Below, piece by piece: positions 27,077 to 37,587 of a stretch of 64,000 nucleotides of DNA (position 1 is the first letter of the stretch; the number at the start of each line of letters is the position of its first letter). The translations under genes were made by a program, and so were the position numbers. Origin of the DNA: Escherichia virus TH55. The stretch lies in the sequence record MT446421.1; one strand, 5' to 3'. The notes beneath the pieces are model-generated. The model saw only the letters and a list, made by a program, of their open reading frames with translations, was not told where the DNA came from and did not search any database.

Positions 27077-27522
27077 CCTTTCCATCCTAATTTTTTCAGG
27101 CCGTTTTCGGTTAGAATGCGAAATGTAATACCCATTTTATCTGCGGTAGCTTGTGCAGCTTTCCACTTATCCCTGTTCACAGAATAAGTGTACATTTCGT
27201 TTATATAACGTTTCTTACTGGCTGCTGTATTATTTACAGGAATTTTTGGGGGCTGTGTTTCTTTGAATGGTTTTATTTCAATAAAAAATTGCTGGCCGGT
27301 ATCAAATTTACACCATATATCCATATAGTAACGGCGCTTTTTGCCATCAGCATTGCTAAAATATGGAATAACAACAGTCTCAGAACCCCATTGAACAACA
27401 TTGGGGTGAGTGTCGAGCCACTTGAACATATATGCCTCCCAACTCGACCTGTACTGTATTTTCTTCCAATCACCTTTATATTTTTCTAGATTTGTTGGTT
27501 TAAACTTCCCGGAGTACGCCAT
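27073..27522 (-). CDS. 4: head completion protein gp4 (by position and size)
   Basis: 150 aa from MAYSGKFKP; position between gene 2 and the divergent gene 53 operon. Confidence 0.6.
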   Translation of the reverse strand: MAYSGKFKPTNLEKYKGDWKKIQYRSSWEAYMFKWLDTHPNVVQWGSETVVIPYFSNADGKKRRYYMDIWCKFDTGQQFFIEIKPFKETQPPKIPVNNTAASKKRYINEMYTYSVNRDKWKAAQATADKMGITFRILTENGLKKLGWKG

Positions 27523-28207
27523 TTTTAAGTACCTTACAATTTTCACCATGCCAACGTTTATAGTTGCCTGGATTTGTTATTTTTCCACAGTGTTCACAGG
27601 TGTGACGGGGAGCATTTTTATTAAGCTCTGATAAACGTTTTCTGACATCATCAGTAATACCTTGCTTTATTTTCTCGCTATGATTTACCAAAACTCTTTC
27701 TTTATTTGCCTTGGATATTTTTGCTCGCCAATCATCTGTAAACACTCTTTCTGATAATTTCTTACAATGTTCTTCAGAGAACTTTTTACCCTTTGCTGCT
27801 TCTGACAACTTTTTGCAATGCTCTTCAGAGCGCGGGCCATATTTCTTACCTTTAAGAGCTTTTGAAATATTTTCACATGTTTGTTTTGAACGTTTACGTC
27901 CAGTGTGAAACTTAATGGAAGTCTCAACAGCGCGGATGCGCACCCATTCAAATTGTTTGTTATTGTAATTGTTGGAACCCATTAGAATTTTCGCAGCATG
28001 TGCTAACGAGTGATTATCTGGATAAATTTTAACCAATAACAGGTGGGCGACAAAATGTTCAGGAGCGGTAAGCTCGACTAAATTTTCATCAGTATCTAAT
28101 CCGCCCATACATCTTGGAATAATGTGATGTTTCTCTTTGTAACCATCAATGGGTGCTCGATTTTTAGCTCGTTGGATTAAGTTATTGTAATGTTTTAGAT
28201 AGTTCAT
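27500..28207 (-). mobile_element. HNH homing endonuclease (paralog of 25593..26267) between gene 4 and gene 53
   Basis: 235 aa; HNH core HHIIPRCMGGLDTDENLVELTAPEHFVAH; internal repeats GKKYGPRSEEHCKKLSE / GKKFSEEHCKKLSE. Confidence 0.7.
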
Positions 28208-28225
28208 TTATATTTTCCTCATATG

Positions 28226-28237
28226 TATTTATAAATA
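28226..28237. promoter_or_regulatory. palindromic divergent late promoter TATTTATAAATA
   Basis: TATAAATA readable on both strands; serves gene 53 rightwards and the HNH/gene 4 side leftwards. Confidence 0.55.
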
Positions 28238-28277
28238 GAGTATATCATACTTAAACCATATTGTAAATGGAGGCTTT

Positions 28278-28880
28278 ATGCTTTTTTCATTTTTTAACCC
28301 AATTGATTATGATGCTAAAACAATCAGAAAAAACTCGGCATCATTAACGAAAGAAGATGTCTTAAGCATCCCAATGACTGACATCTTCAGAAACTATCGT
28401 GCATATTTTGATAAGGTCGCGGTTAATTATACACCGAAAACATATTACATCGCCGGAGCTCCGAGACCTGAAGAACTTGCATATCAGCTCTATGGTAATA
28501 CTCAACTCTATTGGGTTCTCCTTATGCTTAATAATATCTATGACCCGTATTATGGTTGGATATGTTCACAAGAATCATCATATCAGGCATCAATTCAACG
28601 CTATTCGAATATAGGTGGTAATCAGGTTCTTTATCATGTAAATGAAGATGGTGAAAAATTCTGGAATCTTGTTTCTTATCCTGATAATCCATACACATGG
28701 TATGATAAAGGTGATAAGAACAAATTATACCCACAGTATGAAGGCCCATTAGCTGCAGTGGATATCTACGAAGATGCTATTCGCAAAAATGAATATAAAC
28801 GAGAAATAAAGATAATCGACCCTAATGATATCGAATCATTTATTTCGGCATTAATCCGCGAGATGGAGAAGGCGCTATGA
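28278..28880 (+). CDS. 53: baseplate wedge protein gp53
   Basis: 200 aa, first gene of baseplate operon before gp5. Confidence 0.75.
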   Translation: MLFSFFNPIDYDAKTIRKNSASLTKEDVLSIPMTDIFRNYRAYFDKVAVNYTPKTYYIAGAPRPEELAYQLYGNTQLYWVLLMLNNIYDPYYGWICSQESSYQASIQRYSNIGGNQVLYHVNEDGEKFWNLVSYPDNPYTWYDKGDKNKLYPQYEGPLAAVDIYEDAIRKNEYKREIKIIDPNDIESFISALIREMEKAL

Positions 28881-30619
28881 TTAATATGTCAGATAGTGTA
28901 AGTTGGTTCGTCGGTGTTGTCGAAGACCGAATGGACCCACTTCAACAAGGTCGTGTTCGTGTTCGTGTATGGGGTATGCATCCATATGAGAAATCGCAAG
29001 GGCCTGTAAAAGGTATCAGAACTGAAGACCTGCCCTGGATGTCTGTATTGATGCCAACATCATCTGCATCGGTTTCCGGTATTCAAACTGCCATGACTGG
29101 TATGGTCCCGGGTACTCAAGTATATGGTCACTTTTTGGACAAGTGGAAGCTCAATGGATTAGTCCTTGGTACATATGGCTCAGCATCAAGACAGAAGGCA
29201 AACACAACAGAAGGTTTTAGTGACCCCACAGGGCAATATCCGCTTTATGTGGGCAATGATGCTGCTGCGCTTAACCGAGGCGGTGAGGTCGGTTATGATG
29301 ACACTTCAAACGTAATACAAGATGCAAACACTGATGTAGGTATTAATCCAGACGGGTTAGATTTAAGCCAAGTTAAGCCTGATGATAATCCTAATTTCAC
29401 AATAGAAAACATGCTTCACCGCGATGAAGGTCTTCGTCTGAAAGTATATTGGGACACTGAAGGTTATCCTACTATAGGTATAGGACACTTAATTACACCA
29501 CAACCTATTAGAGATATGAATCAGATAAACAAAATATTATCCAATCAAATAGGCCGTGAAGTTAAAGGTAACCCTGGTGCAATATCAATGGACGAGGCTT
29601 CTAAGTTATTCCAAGAAGACCTTAAAAAAGTCCAAAATGATATAGGTAGACATAGTGTTGTAGGTCCGGTTTACAATAAAGAAAACCGTTCAAGACAAAT
29701 GGCTCTTGAAAACATGGCTTTCCAAATGGGATTAGGTGGACTTGCTAAATTTAAAACGATGCTCGCTGCAATGTTAGCCGGAGATTATAAGAAAGCATTT
29801 GATGCCGCTCGTGATTCTGTATGGTTTAACCAAACTAAAGGCCGTGCATCAAGGGTATCAATGATTATCCTCACAGGTAACATGGAATCATATGGTATTA
29901 TGGCCCCTAAAGAAAGGTCATTTAAAGGGCGTTCATACAGGATGATTCAAACCTTTGTGGCCCCTACAAATTCCGACCCGGCCGACCCGTGGACTCCAGA
30001 AGATACGAGGATTCTATTTAAAGAGCCAGAATCAAGTTACAAAGGTGAATATCCTTACGTGCAGACAATGCAAACTGAAGGCGGTCATATTCAGGAATTT
30101 GATAACACTCCAGGACAAGAACGTTATCGACTGATTCATCCGACCGGTTCCTATGAGGAAGTTGCACCAGATGGTCGTAAGACTTCGAAGACGGTAGCCG
30201 ATGGCTATTATATGACCCAGGGCGATTCAAGCACTTATGTTGGTGGGAATAATAAAGTCAACGTTGGTGGTGATGAAACCTATTACAATATGGCTAACGT
30301 TCGTCGTCAGACCGATGGAAACGAAACCATCCATATTCGTGGTAACGAAGAGAAAACTGTAGAAGGTAATGGAACACTCAGAGTTAAAGGCAACGTTACT
30401 GTTATTGTTGAAGGAAATGCTGATGTTACTGTTAAGGGTGATGCGACTACCTTAGTAGAAGGTAATGAAACTCGCACGACTAATGGTAATTTAAACTGGA
30501 CTGTAAATGGTACCGTATCTTGGACTTGTGCAGGTGCTTGGTCCGAGACTATGGCTTCAATGAGTTCTATTGCATCTGGTCAATATACTATTGATGGTTC
30601 GAGGATTGACATTGGCTAA
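28877..30619 (+). CDS. 5: baseplate hub/cell-puncturing protein gp5 with lysozyme domain
   Basis: 580 aa; FVGVVEDRMDPLQQGRVRVRVWG; lysozyme domain YWDTEGYPTIGIGHLI; C-terminal VxGNxT beta-helix repeats. Confidence 0.92.
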   Translation: MINMSDSVSWFVGVVEDRMDPLQQGRVRVRVWGMHPYEKSQGPVKGIRTEDLPWMSVLMPTSSASVSGIQTAMTGMVPGTQVYGHFLDKWKLNGLVLGTYGSASRQKANTTEGFSDPTGQYPLYVGNDAAALNRGGEVGYDDTSNVIQDANTDVGINPDGLDLSQVKPDDNPNFTIENMLHRDEGLRLKVYWDTEGYPTIGIGHLITPQPIRDMNQINKILSNQIGREVKGNPGAISMDEASKLFQEDLKKVQNDIGRHSVVGPVYNKENRSRQMALENMAFQMGLGGLAKFKTMLAAMLAGDYKKAFDAARDSVWFNQTKGRASRVSMIILTGNMESYGIMAPKERSFKGRSYRMIQTFVAPTNSDPADPWTPEDTRILFKEPESSYKGEYPYVQTMQTEGGHIQEFDNTPGQERYRLIHPTGSYEEVAPDGRKTSKTVADGYYMTQGDSSTYVGGNNKVNVGGDETYYNMANVRRQTDGNETIHIRGNEEKTVEGNGTLRVKGNVTVIVEGNADVTVKGDATTLVEGNETRTTNGNLNWTVNGTVSWTCAGAWSETMASMSSIASGQYTIDGSRIDIG

Positions 30620-30629
30620 TATACTTCCG

Positions 30630-31151
30630 ATGAGCACTGACCTAGGAGACTCCATGGAAGGAGCCTCAATCGATGTTACGTTTACAGCTCAATTAGAAAC
30701 AAACGAAACATTAGTCGAAATAAATATAACTGAATATGAGGTCACCCCTGGCGTTAATGTTGAGGGAAATCATCTTTATGGTGTTTATGAATCCGTGTTT
30801 GGATTTGCAGATGATGCACTTAAATATCGGCTTAATGATGAATTTAAAACTGCTGGTTCATGGGAAGACCTTCCTACCGATAAGAGTACTCAATTGTATC
30901 TCTGGAGGGCCCCATCGAGCCTCCAGAAGGTCTTTTCATACACGGTAACCCTAACCTATGATTTTCAAGAAGAGAGCTCTGGCGGAGACACAGGGAACTC
31001 TGGTGGCAGTAATAGCCGTACAGGTAATGAGACCGACCCACCTCCTGCTCCAGTAAGAAAGACAATGACAAAAGTTTACACAAAAACTATCGTTGGCAAC
31101 TGGTCAAGATGGGCCGATAAATTGCGTTCATACGTATACGCGAGGGATTAA
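30630..31151 (+). CDS. 5.1: baseplate-associated protein gp5.1
   Basis: ORF between gp5 and gp5.4; start at first ATG after gp5 stop. Confidence 0.6.
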   Translation: MSTDLGDSMEGASIDVTFTAQLETNETLVEINITEYEVTPGVNVEGNHLYGVYESVFGFADDALKYRLNDEFKTAGSWEDLPTDKSTQLYLWRAPSSLQKVFSYTVTLTYDFQEESSGGDTGNSGGSNSRTGNETDPPPAPVRKTMTKVYTKTIVGNWSRWADKLRSYVYARD

Positions 31152-31444
31152 TGGCTGGATTAAGTTTTAATCAATGTGTTACAGCAGGCCACGAAGCATG
31201 GCCGCCGACTGTAATTAATGCAACTCAAGGTAAAGTATTCACCGGGGGAATTCCAGTATTAGTCGCCGGAGACCCTATTACCGAGCATACCGAAATTAAA
31301 AAACCATATGAAACCCACGGCGGAGTAACACAACCGCGTACATCAAAGGTATTTGTTACTGGTAAGAAAGCTGTTCAAATGGCAGACCCGATTTCATGTG
31401 GTGATACTGTGGCTCAAGCCTCATCAAAAGTCTTTATAAAATAG
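31151..31444 (+). CDS. 5.4: PAAR-repeat spike tip protein gp5.4
   Basis: 97 aa, same size and position as T4 gp5.4. Confidence 0.8.
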   Translation: MAGLSFNQCVTAGHEAWPPTVINATQGKVFTGGIPVLVAGDPITEHTEIKKPYETHGGVTQPRTSKVFVTGKKAVQMADPISCGDTVAQASSKVFIK

Positions 31445-31452
31445 GAAATAAA

Positions 31453-33399
31453 ATGGCTACTCCTACGAATTACCAATTAACAAGAACCGTTAACGCTATC
31501 CCAAAAGTATTTGTGGGAGCTACGTTTGAAGAAATTAAAAAGAATATCATCGACTGGTTATCAAGCCAGGATGAATTTAAGGATTATGATTTCGTAGGTT
31601 CGCGAATGAATATCCTGATTGACATGCTTGCATATAATACATTGTATATGCAGCAGTTTGCTAATACAGCGGTTTATGAATCATTTATTGGAACTGCAAA
31701 CTTAAGGTCTTCAGTTGTTCAGGCTGCGCAGGATAATGGATATCTTCCATCTTCTCGCTCGGCTGCAAAGACTTCGGTTATGTTGACATGTTCTCATGCT
31801 TTGCAGCCGTCGAATATTGAAATCCCACGAGGAACTAAATTCCTGGCTTATGCTCGTGATACATCAGCTGACCCTTATGTTTTTGTTACCACGGAAAACG
31901 TTATCGCGGTTAAAGATATTAACAACCAATACCTTCCGATTGTATCTCTGGCACAGGGTCGTATTATTCGTACGGAACTTTTATATGACCCGAAACAACC
32001 TATTCTTATCCGCGACCCGGATATTGACCGCAAAGAAGTTAAGTTATATGTGAATGGTGTTGAGTGGGATGACTGGACGAACAAATCAATGGTTCACGCT
32101 GGTTCGACTTCCACCATATTTTATATGCGTGAAACAATCGATGGCTATACCGAATTTTTCTTCGGTGAAGGCGAATCCACCAAATCTGTGGCCGGTGGCG
32201 TTATGGAAGCCAACTATATTGGCGGTCTTAAACCTGTGCAAGATTCAACAATTGTTATTGAGTATCTTCGTACTTCCGGGGCAGATGCAAACGGCGCTGT
32301 CGATTTCAGTTATGCTGATACGTTGTCTTATATCACAGTGGATAAGATTACTGAAAACTACAATAATGACCCTGATTATGTCGGTGCTGATGGTGGTGGT
32401 GACCCAGAAGATATCGAACGTATCCGTGAACTGGCTGTTGTTAAACGTGAAGCGCAGATGCGTGCTGTCACCGGAACAGATTATGATACCTTCGTATCCG
32501 AAAGATTTGGGTCAATTGTACAAGCCGTGCAGACGTTTACAGACGCTAATAAACCTGGATATGCGTTTATATCAGTTAAGCCTAAATCGGGCTTGTATCT
32601 CACTGCAGTGCAGCGTGAGGACATCCAGAACTACCTTAGCGAGTTCAACGTATCAACAATTACACCATCGGTAATTTCTCCGGATTATTTGTTCCTTAAA
32701 CATAATATCAAAGTGTCTTATGCGCTGAACAAATTGCAAGAATCTGAACAATGGTTGCAAGCACAAATCATTAATCAGATTGACCGTTATTATATCGATG
32801 AAGTTGAAATCTTTAACAGAAGTTTTGCTAAGTCAAAAATGCTTACATATGTGGATAATACCGACCATAGTATTCTTGGCTCGTCTGCAACCATTTCGAT
32901 GGTGCGTGAAGTCCTGAACTTCTTTAAGACTCCGGAATCCGGCATTAAATACTATAACCAGTATGGCAACCGTTCAGTCGAATCAAGCGAATTTGAATTT
33001 GTTCCGACTACGGGTGAAGCCTATAACGTTCGCATTGTTGCAACTGATAAAGATTCTCGCGGTGATGGCAAAATGGTAATTGGTCCATTCCGTCCGGGTG
33101 ATGTTATCGAAAACGTAAACATCCAGCCTTACCTCCAAGATGACTTTAATAAAATGGAAGCTCCGGCTGACCAAACAGTTTATTACGCAATTGGCGAAAT
33201 TGACTATTACTCTGATTATATTTTTTGGGATATCGCCGCGATTGGATTGACCTCCGAGCGCTTTGAAGTTCAATCAATCGAACTTTATGCAAGTCCCAAC
33301 CAAGATAATATATACACGCAAGATGGTTCACTGATTGTATTTGAGAATGACCTTCGTCCGCAATATACAAAGATTGACCTTGAACCGATTACACTATAA
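31453..33399 (+). CDS. 6: baseplate wedge protein gp6
   Basis: 648 aa, synteny. Confidence 0.85.
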   Translation: MATPTNYQLTRTVNAIPKVFVGATFEEIKKNIIDWLSSQDEFKDYDFVGSRMNILIDMLAYNTLYMQQFANTAVYESFIGTANLRSSVVQAAQDNGYLPSSRSAAKTSVMLTCSHALQPSNIEIPRGTKFLAYARDTSADPYVFVTTENVIAVKDINNQYLPIVSLAQGRIIRTELLYDPKQPILIRDPDIDRKEVKLYVNGVEWDDWTNKSMVHAGSTSTIFYMRETIDGYTEFFFGEGESTKSVAGGVMEANYIGGLKPVQDSTIVIEYLRTSGADANGAVDFSYADTLSYITVDKITENYNNDPDYVGADGGGDPEDIERIRELAVVKREAQMRAVTGTDYDTFVSERFGSIVQAVQTFTDANKPGYAFISVKPKSGLYLTAVQREDIQNYLSEFNVSTITPSVISPDYLFLKHNIKVSYALNKLQESEQWLQAQIINQIDRYYIDEVEIFNRSFAKSKMLTYVDNTDHSILGSSATISMVREVLNFFKTPESGIKYYNQYGNRSVESSEFEFVPTTGEAYNVRIVATDKDSRGDGKMVIGPFRPGDVIENVNIQPYLQDDFNKMEAPADQTVYYAIGEIDYYSDYIFWDIAAIGLTSERFEVQSIELYASPNQDNIYTQDGSLIVFENDLRPQYTKIDLEPITL

Positions 33400-33417
33400 G
33401 CCTCTTCGGAGGCTTTT
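33398..33417 (+). other. RNA hairpin at gp6/gp7 junction
   Basis: agcctc ttcg gaggct followed by ttttt between gp6 stop and gp7 start. Confidence 0.35.
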
Positions 33418-33427
33418 TAAGGAAACC

Positions 33428-36400
33428 ATGATGAGTGTTAAAGCCCCTTATGTAACCAGCTTACGGATTGATAAACTATCTGCTAACCAGGTTAGCATAA
33501 AATGGGATAATGTTGGCGCCAACTTTTATTATTTTGTTGAGATTGCTACGACAAAAGAAAATGGTGTTGCTATTCCAGAAGAAAATCTGTTATGGAGGAA
33601 TTTAGGTTATACTCCAGACAATGAATGGTTCGAACAAGATTTTATTCGTCCAGTATCATTTTACAAAATGCGTGTTGCTGTTGCAGCAATGGGTTTTGAA
33701 CAATCTGATTGGGTTTATACCGAAGAATTTGAAACCTTTGCAACTAACGCATACACATTTGAGCACATGCGTGAATTTACATTAACAAATAAATTCATCG
33801 AAGAAAAATTTACAAACAATAACCAAGCTTATATCAACTTTAATAATGATGCAATTATGGCATCGCTGATGTCTGAAGATTTTAGCTTTACTCCTGCGTA
33901 TTCTCATTTGTCTTCAATTTCAAACTATGTATTAAAAGAAGACCAATACCACGAAATCCAGGGTAGCATTCAGCCGGTATGTAACGATGTTAATCGTACA
34001 ATGATTGCTGAACTCGGTGGCGTACTGTATTTGTTTGAACGATTCCAGACAACTGTCAAAGTCTCCAATGATAAAGGGCAGAACTGGTATTATGTAAAAT
34101 TGTTTAATGACCGTATCGGTAACCCAGTATCGCGCACAATTTATTATCAATCAGATACGACAACTTACGTACTCGGGTATGACCGAATTTTTTACGGCCG
34201 CAAATCAAGTGACATAAGATGGTCTGCTGATGATGTTCGATTCAGTTCCCAGGATATAACATTTGCAAAAATTGGTTCGGATATCAATCTTGGATTTGAT
34301 ATTGAAATATTTGGCACATACGCAAGACTTCCTGCTTATATCTCGACAATTGCTGAAGCAATCACTACGACCGATTCCATGATTTACGTTGCCGGGCGCG
34401 ACCGTGTGTACAAAGCTAAATCTTCTGATGCTCCAATTGATAACGACCCCAACTCCCCAACATTCGGTGAAAAATTATTTGAAGCTGGATATAGCACAAT
34501 AAGTGGTAATCCAAAAGCTGTTTGTTATAAGATGGATGCAATTGATGGTGAAGTATTTGCATTAATCACGGGGGAAGTAAAAGAAGAGCGACAAGACCCG
34601 ACTAAACCTGAAAACGTTGTCGATTCGTTATCTAAGGGCGTTTATAAATTAAATGCTGACACCGATACATGGACACGAGTTTTTGGTAACACAGAGGATG
34701 AACGTCGACGTATTGAACATGGTTACACAAGCATGTCAACCGACGGAATTGAACTTTTTATCAGTTCAAGTAACTTCCGTTATTCCGTAGAGCCGGATAC
34801 TGAACTCCCTGCTAAGTATCCTGAAGAAGTTAATGAAGCAGTCAAATATGTGTATGACGAACAATGGATACATGACAAGCATTATTTGATGATGAGTTTT
34901 AGGTCGAATAAAGATTCAGGTTGGGAAGAGTTTAAACCTGGCCGTATGTCATATTACGCTGAACCGTTCTTTAACTGGTCTCGTCGTGATGATACTCGTT
35001 GTTGGATTACTACGTCAGACAGAGCTCTGGTTGTATATAATGACATGCTGTATCAAAAGATTATCGATACCTTTGGTGGTTCATCCCCTGAACGTATTGT
35101 ACACGAATACTGGAATAAAGGTCAAGTAAAAGTTACTTCTCCTAACATCGAATTCAATGGCTTTAAAAAATACGCCTCGGGTATTATGTTACACAAAAAT
35201 ACTGGAGAGCTTATTGGCTATTTTGAATTTGACTATCGTAGGCGTGATGAAGTTAGATTAATCTGGAAACCGAAAGAAGTTATGTTCACTGCAGAATTAC
35301 AGAACCAGGAACATGATATTCCATGGACACCAGATAATGACGAACAAGAGAAAGACCCAGACTTGCGTCCTCTTTTAACAAAGATGGTTCCAGATAGTTA
35401 TTTGCTCCAGGATAGCAACTTTGAAAAATTCTGTGAATATTATTTGCAGTTTATCAGTGATGGCTCTGGTACATATTATAACAACCTTTTGAACTTAATT
35501 CGCAACCAGTACCCGCGCGAGGAAGATGCATGGGAATACCTTTGGAGCGAAATGTACAAAAGAAATATATATTTGTCAAAGACCAAGCGTGACGAAGTAG
35601 TTCGTTTCTTTGAAGCAAGACAGTCTGATTTTTGGGCCACTAAGGGTACTGAAGCATCCTATAAATTTTTGTTCAAATTGTTATATAATGAAGACGTTGA
35701 AATCGATATTGAATCCAAGAACGGAACCGAGTATGACATAATCGTCGAATCTGATAACATCAGCGAAGATATTGTTGGACAAACAATTTACACACCAACT
35801 GGTCGCAGTAACGTTACTTATATGGAACGTGACTACAAACAGGGTAAATTGAGATGGCGTATCACGATTCATAACTTACTTGGTCGCTTTATTGTTGGGC
35901 AAGAAATTAAATCCGAAAGGACTTCCTTTGAAGGTATGATTGTTCAGGGTGTTCGTGGGAAAGAATTACTTAGCAACAACATCGATTATATCAACCGAAA
36001 TCGTTCTTACTATGTAATGACCATTAAATCAAGTCTCCCAACATCTCGTTATCGTAATGACGTATTGCGATTTGTTCATCCGGTTGGATTTGGATTCGTT
36101 GGAATTACATTATTGACAATGTTTGTTAATGCTGGTCTGTCATTAAAACATACCGAAACTATTATCAATAAACTGAACAACTATCGTTGGTCGTCAGGTA
36201 TTCCGTCAGAATGGTGCGACCGTATCGCAGTTATTGGGGCCGATGGAAACATTGAGCGTAGTCCTGTTACAGGTGAAGCGGTATATAATATTGCTCCTAA
36301 TGCAGGTTTACCATTCCCATTACCAGCAGATTATGATGCCGAAAACGATTTTTCAGATTTTCATGGGACTCTCCCGTCTGAACGTCGTAAAAAATACAGT

Positions 36401-36526
36401 CCATTGTTTGACCAGTCTGCCGTGACTTTTGCTAACTGGCGCAATTTGGTTAATCAACGTCTTAAGGATGATATTGGTAATCCACGCGACCCGAAAGAAC
36501 CCACACAGGTAAAGGTAAATGAATAA
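33428..36526 (+). CDS. 7: baseplate wedge protein gp7
   Basis: 1032 aa from MMSVKAPY (same length as T4 gp7); ORF-track start overlaps gp6. Confidence 0.85.
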   Translation: MMSVKAPYVTSLRIDKLSANQVSIKWDNVGANFYYFVEIATTKENGVAIPEENLLWRNLGYTPDNEWFEQDFIRPVSFYKMRVAVAAMGFEQSDWVYTEEFETFATNAYTFEHMREFTLTNKFIEEKFTNNNQAYINFNNDAIMASLMSEDFSFTPAYSHLSSISNYVLKEDQYHEIQGSIQPVCNDVNRTMIAELGGVLYLFERFQTTVKVSNDKGQNWYYVKLFNDRIGNPVSRTIYYQSDTTTYVLGYDRIFYGRKSSDIRWSADDVRFSSQDITFAKIGSDINLGFDIEIFGTYARLPAYISTIAEAITTTDSMIYVAGRDRVYKAKSSDAPIDNDPNSPTFGEKLFEAGYSTISGNPKAVCYKMDAIDGEVFALITGEVKEERQDPTKPENVVDSLSKGVYKLNADTDTWTRVFGNTEDERRRIEHGYTSMSTDGIELFISSSNFRYSVEPDTELPAKYPEEVNEAVKYVYDEQWIHDKHYLMMSFRSNKDSGWEEFKPGRMSYYAEPFFNWSRRDDTRCWITTSDRALVVYNDMLYQKIIDTFGGSSPERIVHEYWNKGQVKVTSPNIEFNGFKKYASGIMLHKNTGELIGYFEFDYRRRDEVRLIWKPKEVMFTAELQNQEHDIPWTPDNDEQEKDPDLRPLLTKMVPDSYLLQDSNFEKFCEYYLQFISDGSGTYYNNLLNLIRNQYPREEDAWEYLWSEMYKRNIYLSKTKRDEVVRFFEARQSDFWATKGTEASYKFLFKLLYNEDVEIDIESKNGTEYDIIVESDNISEDIVGQTIYTPTGRSNVTYMERDYKQGKLRWRITIHNLLGRFIVGQEIKSERTSFEGMIVQGVRGKELLSNNIDYINRNRSYYVMTIKSSLPTSRYRNDVLRFVHPVGFGFVGITLLTMFVNAGLSLKHTETIINKLNNYRWSSGIPSEWCDRIAVIGADGNIERSPVTGEAVYNIAPNAGLPFPLPADYDAENDFSDFHGTLPSERRKKYSPLFDQSAVTFANWRNLVNQRLKDDIGNPRDPKEPTQVKVNE

Positions 36527-37523
36527 TTCATCTGTAGTTTATCGTTCGATAATTACCTCGAAATTTCGAACTGAAAAAATGTATAACTTTTATAAAATGA
36601 TTGGTAACGAGCCTGACCAGAATACGATGTATGTAACATTCGGTCGGGCTGAACCCTGGGCTTCGAATGAGAATGACCCGGGGTTCGCCCCTCCTTATCC
36701 GGTTGATACAGCACAAGGTGTTGAAGATACTTGGACCAATATGATGGGGGCAGTCAAAGTTTATAAGTCAATGCTTGATTGTGTTGTCCCACGTAAAGAC
36801 TGGGGCGATATCAGATATCCTAATCCGCTTAACTTCCAGGTAGGGGAAATTGTTGTAGCTAACAGTGCTCCATATAACCGAACTGATGTTGGTAAAGGTT
36901 GGATGGTTTATCGTTGCGTGGATGTTCCTGATGTTGGGACTTGCTCCATTTATTCCATTATCAATAAAGAAGAGTGCTTAAAACTCGGTGGTAAATGGAC
37001 GGCAGAATATAACTCGACGAGAGCTCCAGCAGGGACTGGCGACACTGAAGGACGAGTTGATATGGGCGATGGTTATCTCTGGGAATATTTGTATGAGATT
37101 CCGCCTGATGTATCCATCAACCGTTGTACTAACGAATATATTGTTGTTCCATGGCCTGAAGAAATCGAAGAAGACCCGTCACGCTGGGGTTACAAAGATA
37201 ATATCAGCTGGCAACAAGATGATTTCGGTTTAATATATAGAATCAAAGGATATACAATCAGATTTAAAGCATTTATGGATTCCATTTACTTCCCGGAATT
37301 CAGTCTCCCGGGAAACAAAGGCTTCCGACAGCTGTCGATTATATCCAACCCACTTGAAGTTAAAGTACATCCTAATGACCCAAATATCAAAGCAATCAAA
37401 GAATACTACGATGCAATTGATTTGGACCGTCATTCTGGGGAAATGATTTATATGGAAAACCGCCCACCAATTATTCGTGCAATGGACCAGACAGAAGAAG
37501 TTAACATTATTTTTGAATTCTAA
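36519..37523 (+). CDS. 8: baseplate wedge protein gp8
   Basis: 334 aa, same size as T4 gp8. Confidence 0.85.
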   Translation: MNNSSVVYRSIITSKFRTEKMYNFYKMIGNEPDQNTMYVTFGRAEPWASNENDPGFAPPYPVDTAQGVEDTWTNMMGAVKVYKSMLDCVVPRKDWGDIRYPNPLNFQVGEIVVANSAPYNRTDVGKGWMVYRCVDVPDVGTCSIYSIINKEECLKLGGKWTAEYNSTRAPAGTGDTEGRVDMGDGYLWEYLYEIPPDVSINRCTNEYIVVPWPEEIEEDPSRWGYKDNISWQQDDFGLIYRIKGYTIRFKAFMDSIYFPEFSLPGNKGFRQLSIISNPLEVKVHPNDPNIKAIKEYYDAIDLDRHSGEMIYMENRPPIIRAMDQTEEVNIIFEF

Positions 37524-37526
37524 CTA

Positions 37527-37549
37527 GGGACCTTCGGGTCCCTTTTTTA
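37527..37549 (+). terminator. rho-independent terminator after gene 8
   Basis: gggacc ttcg ggtccc followed by T7. Confidence 0.7.
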
Positions 37550-37552
37550 TTC

Positions 37553-37560
37553 TATAAATA
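37553..37560 (+). promoter_or_regulatory. late promoter TATAAATA upstream of gene 9
   Basis: exact TATAAATA about 28 nt before gp9 ATG. Confidence 0.6.
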
Positions 37561-37587
37561 TAGCTATATCAATAACGAGGCTTACCT

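Noticed and set aside
30300-30560. Periodic DNA repeat near the 3' end of gene 5
   Set aside because: The periodicity reflects the VxGNxT beta-helix repeats of the gp5 needle at protein level, not an independent DNA element.
32054-32674. 206-aa alternative-frame ORF inside gene 6
   Set aside because: Same strand, different frame, within a well-supported structural gene; no independent signal.
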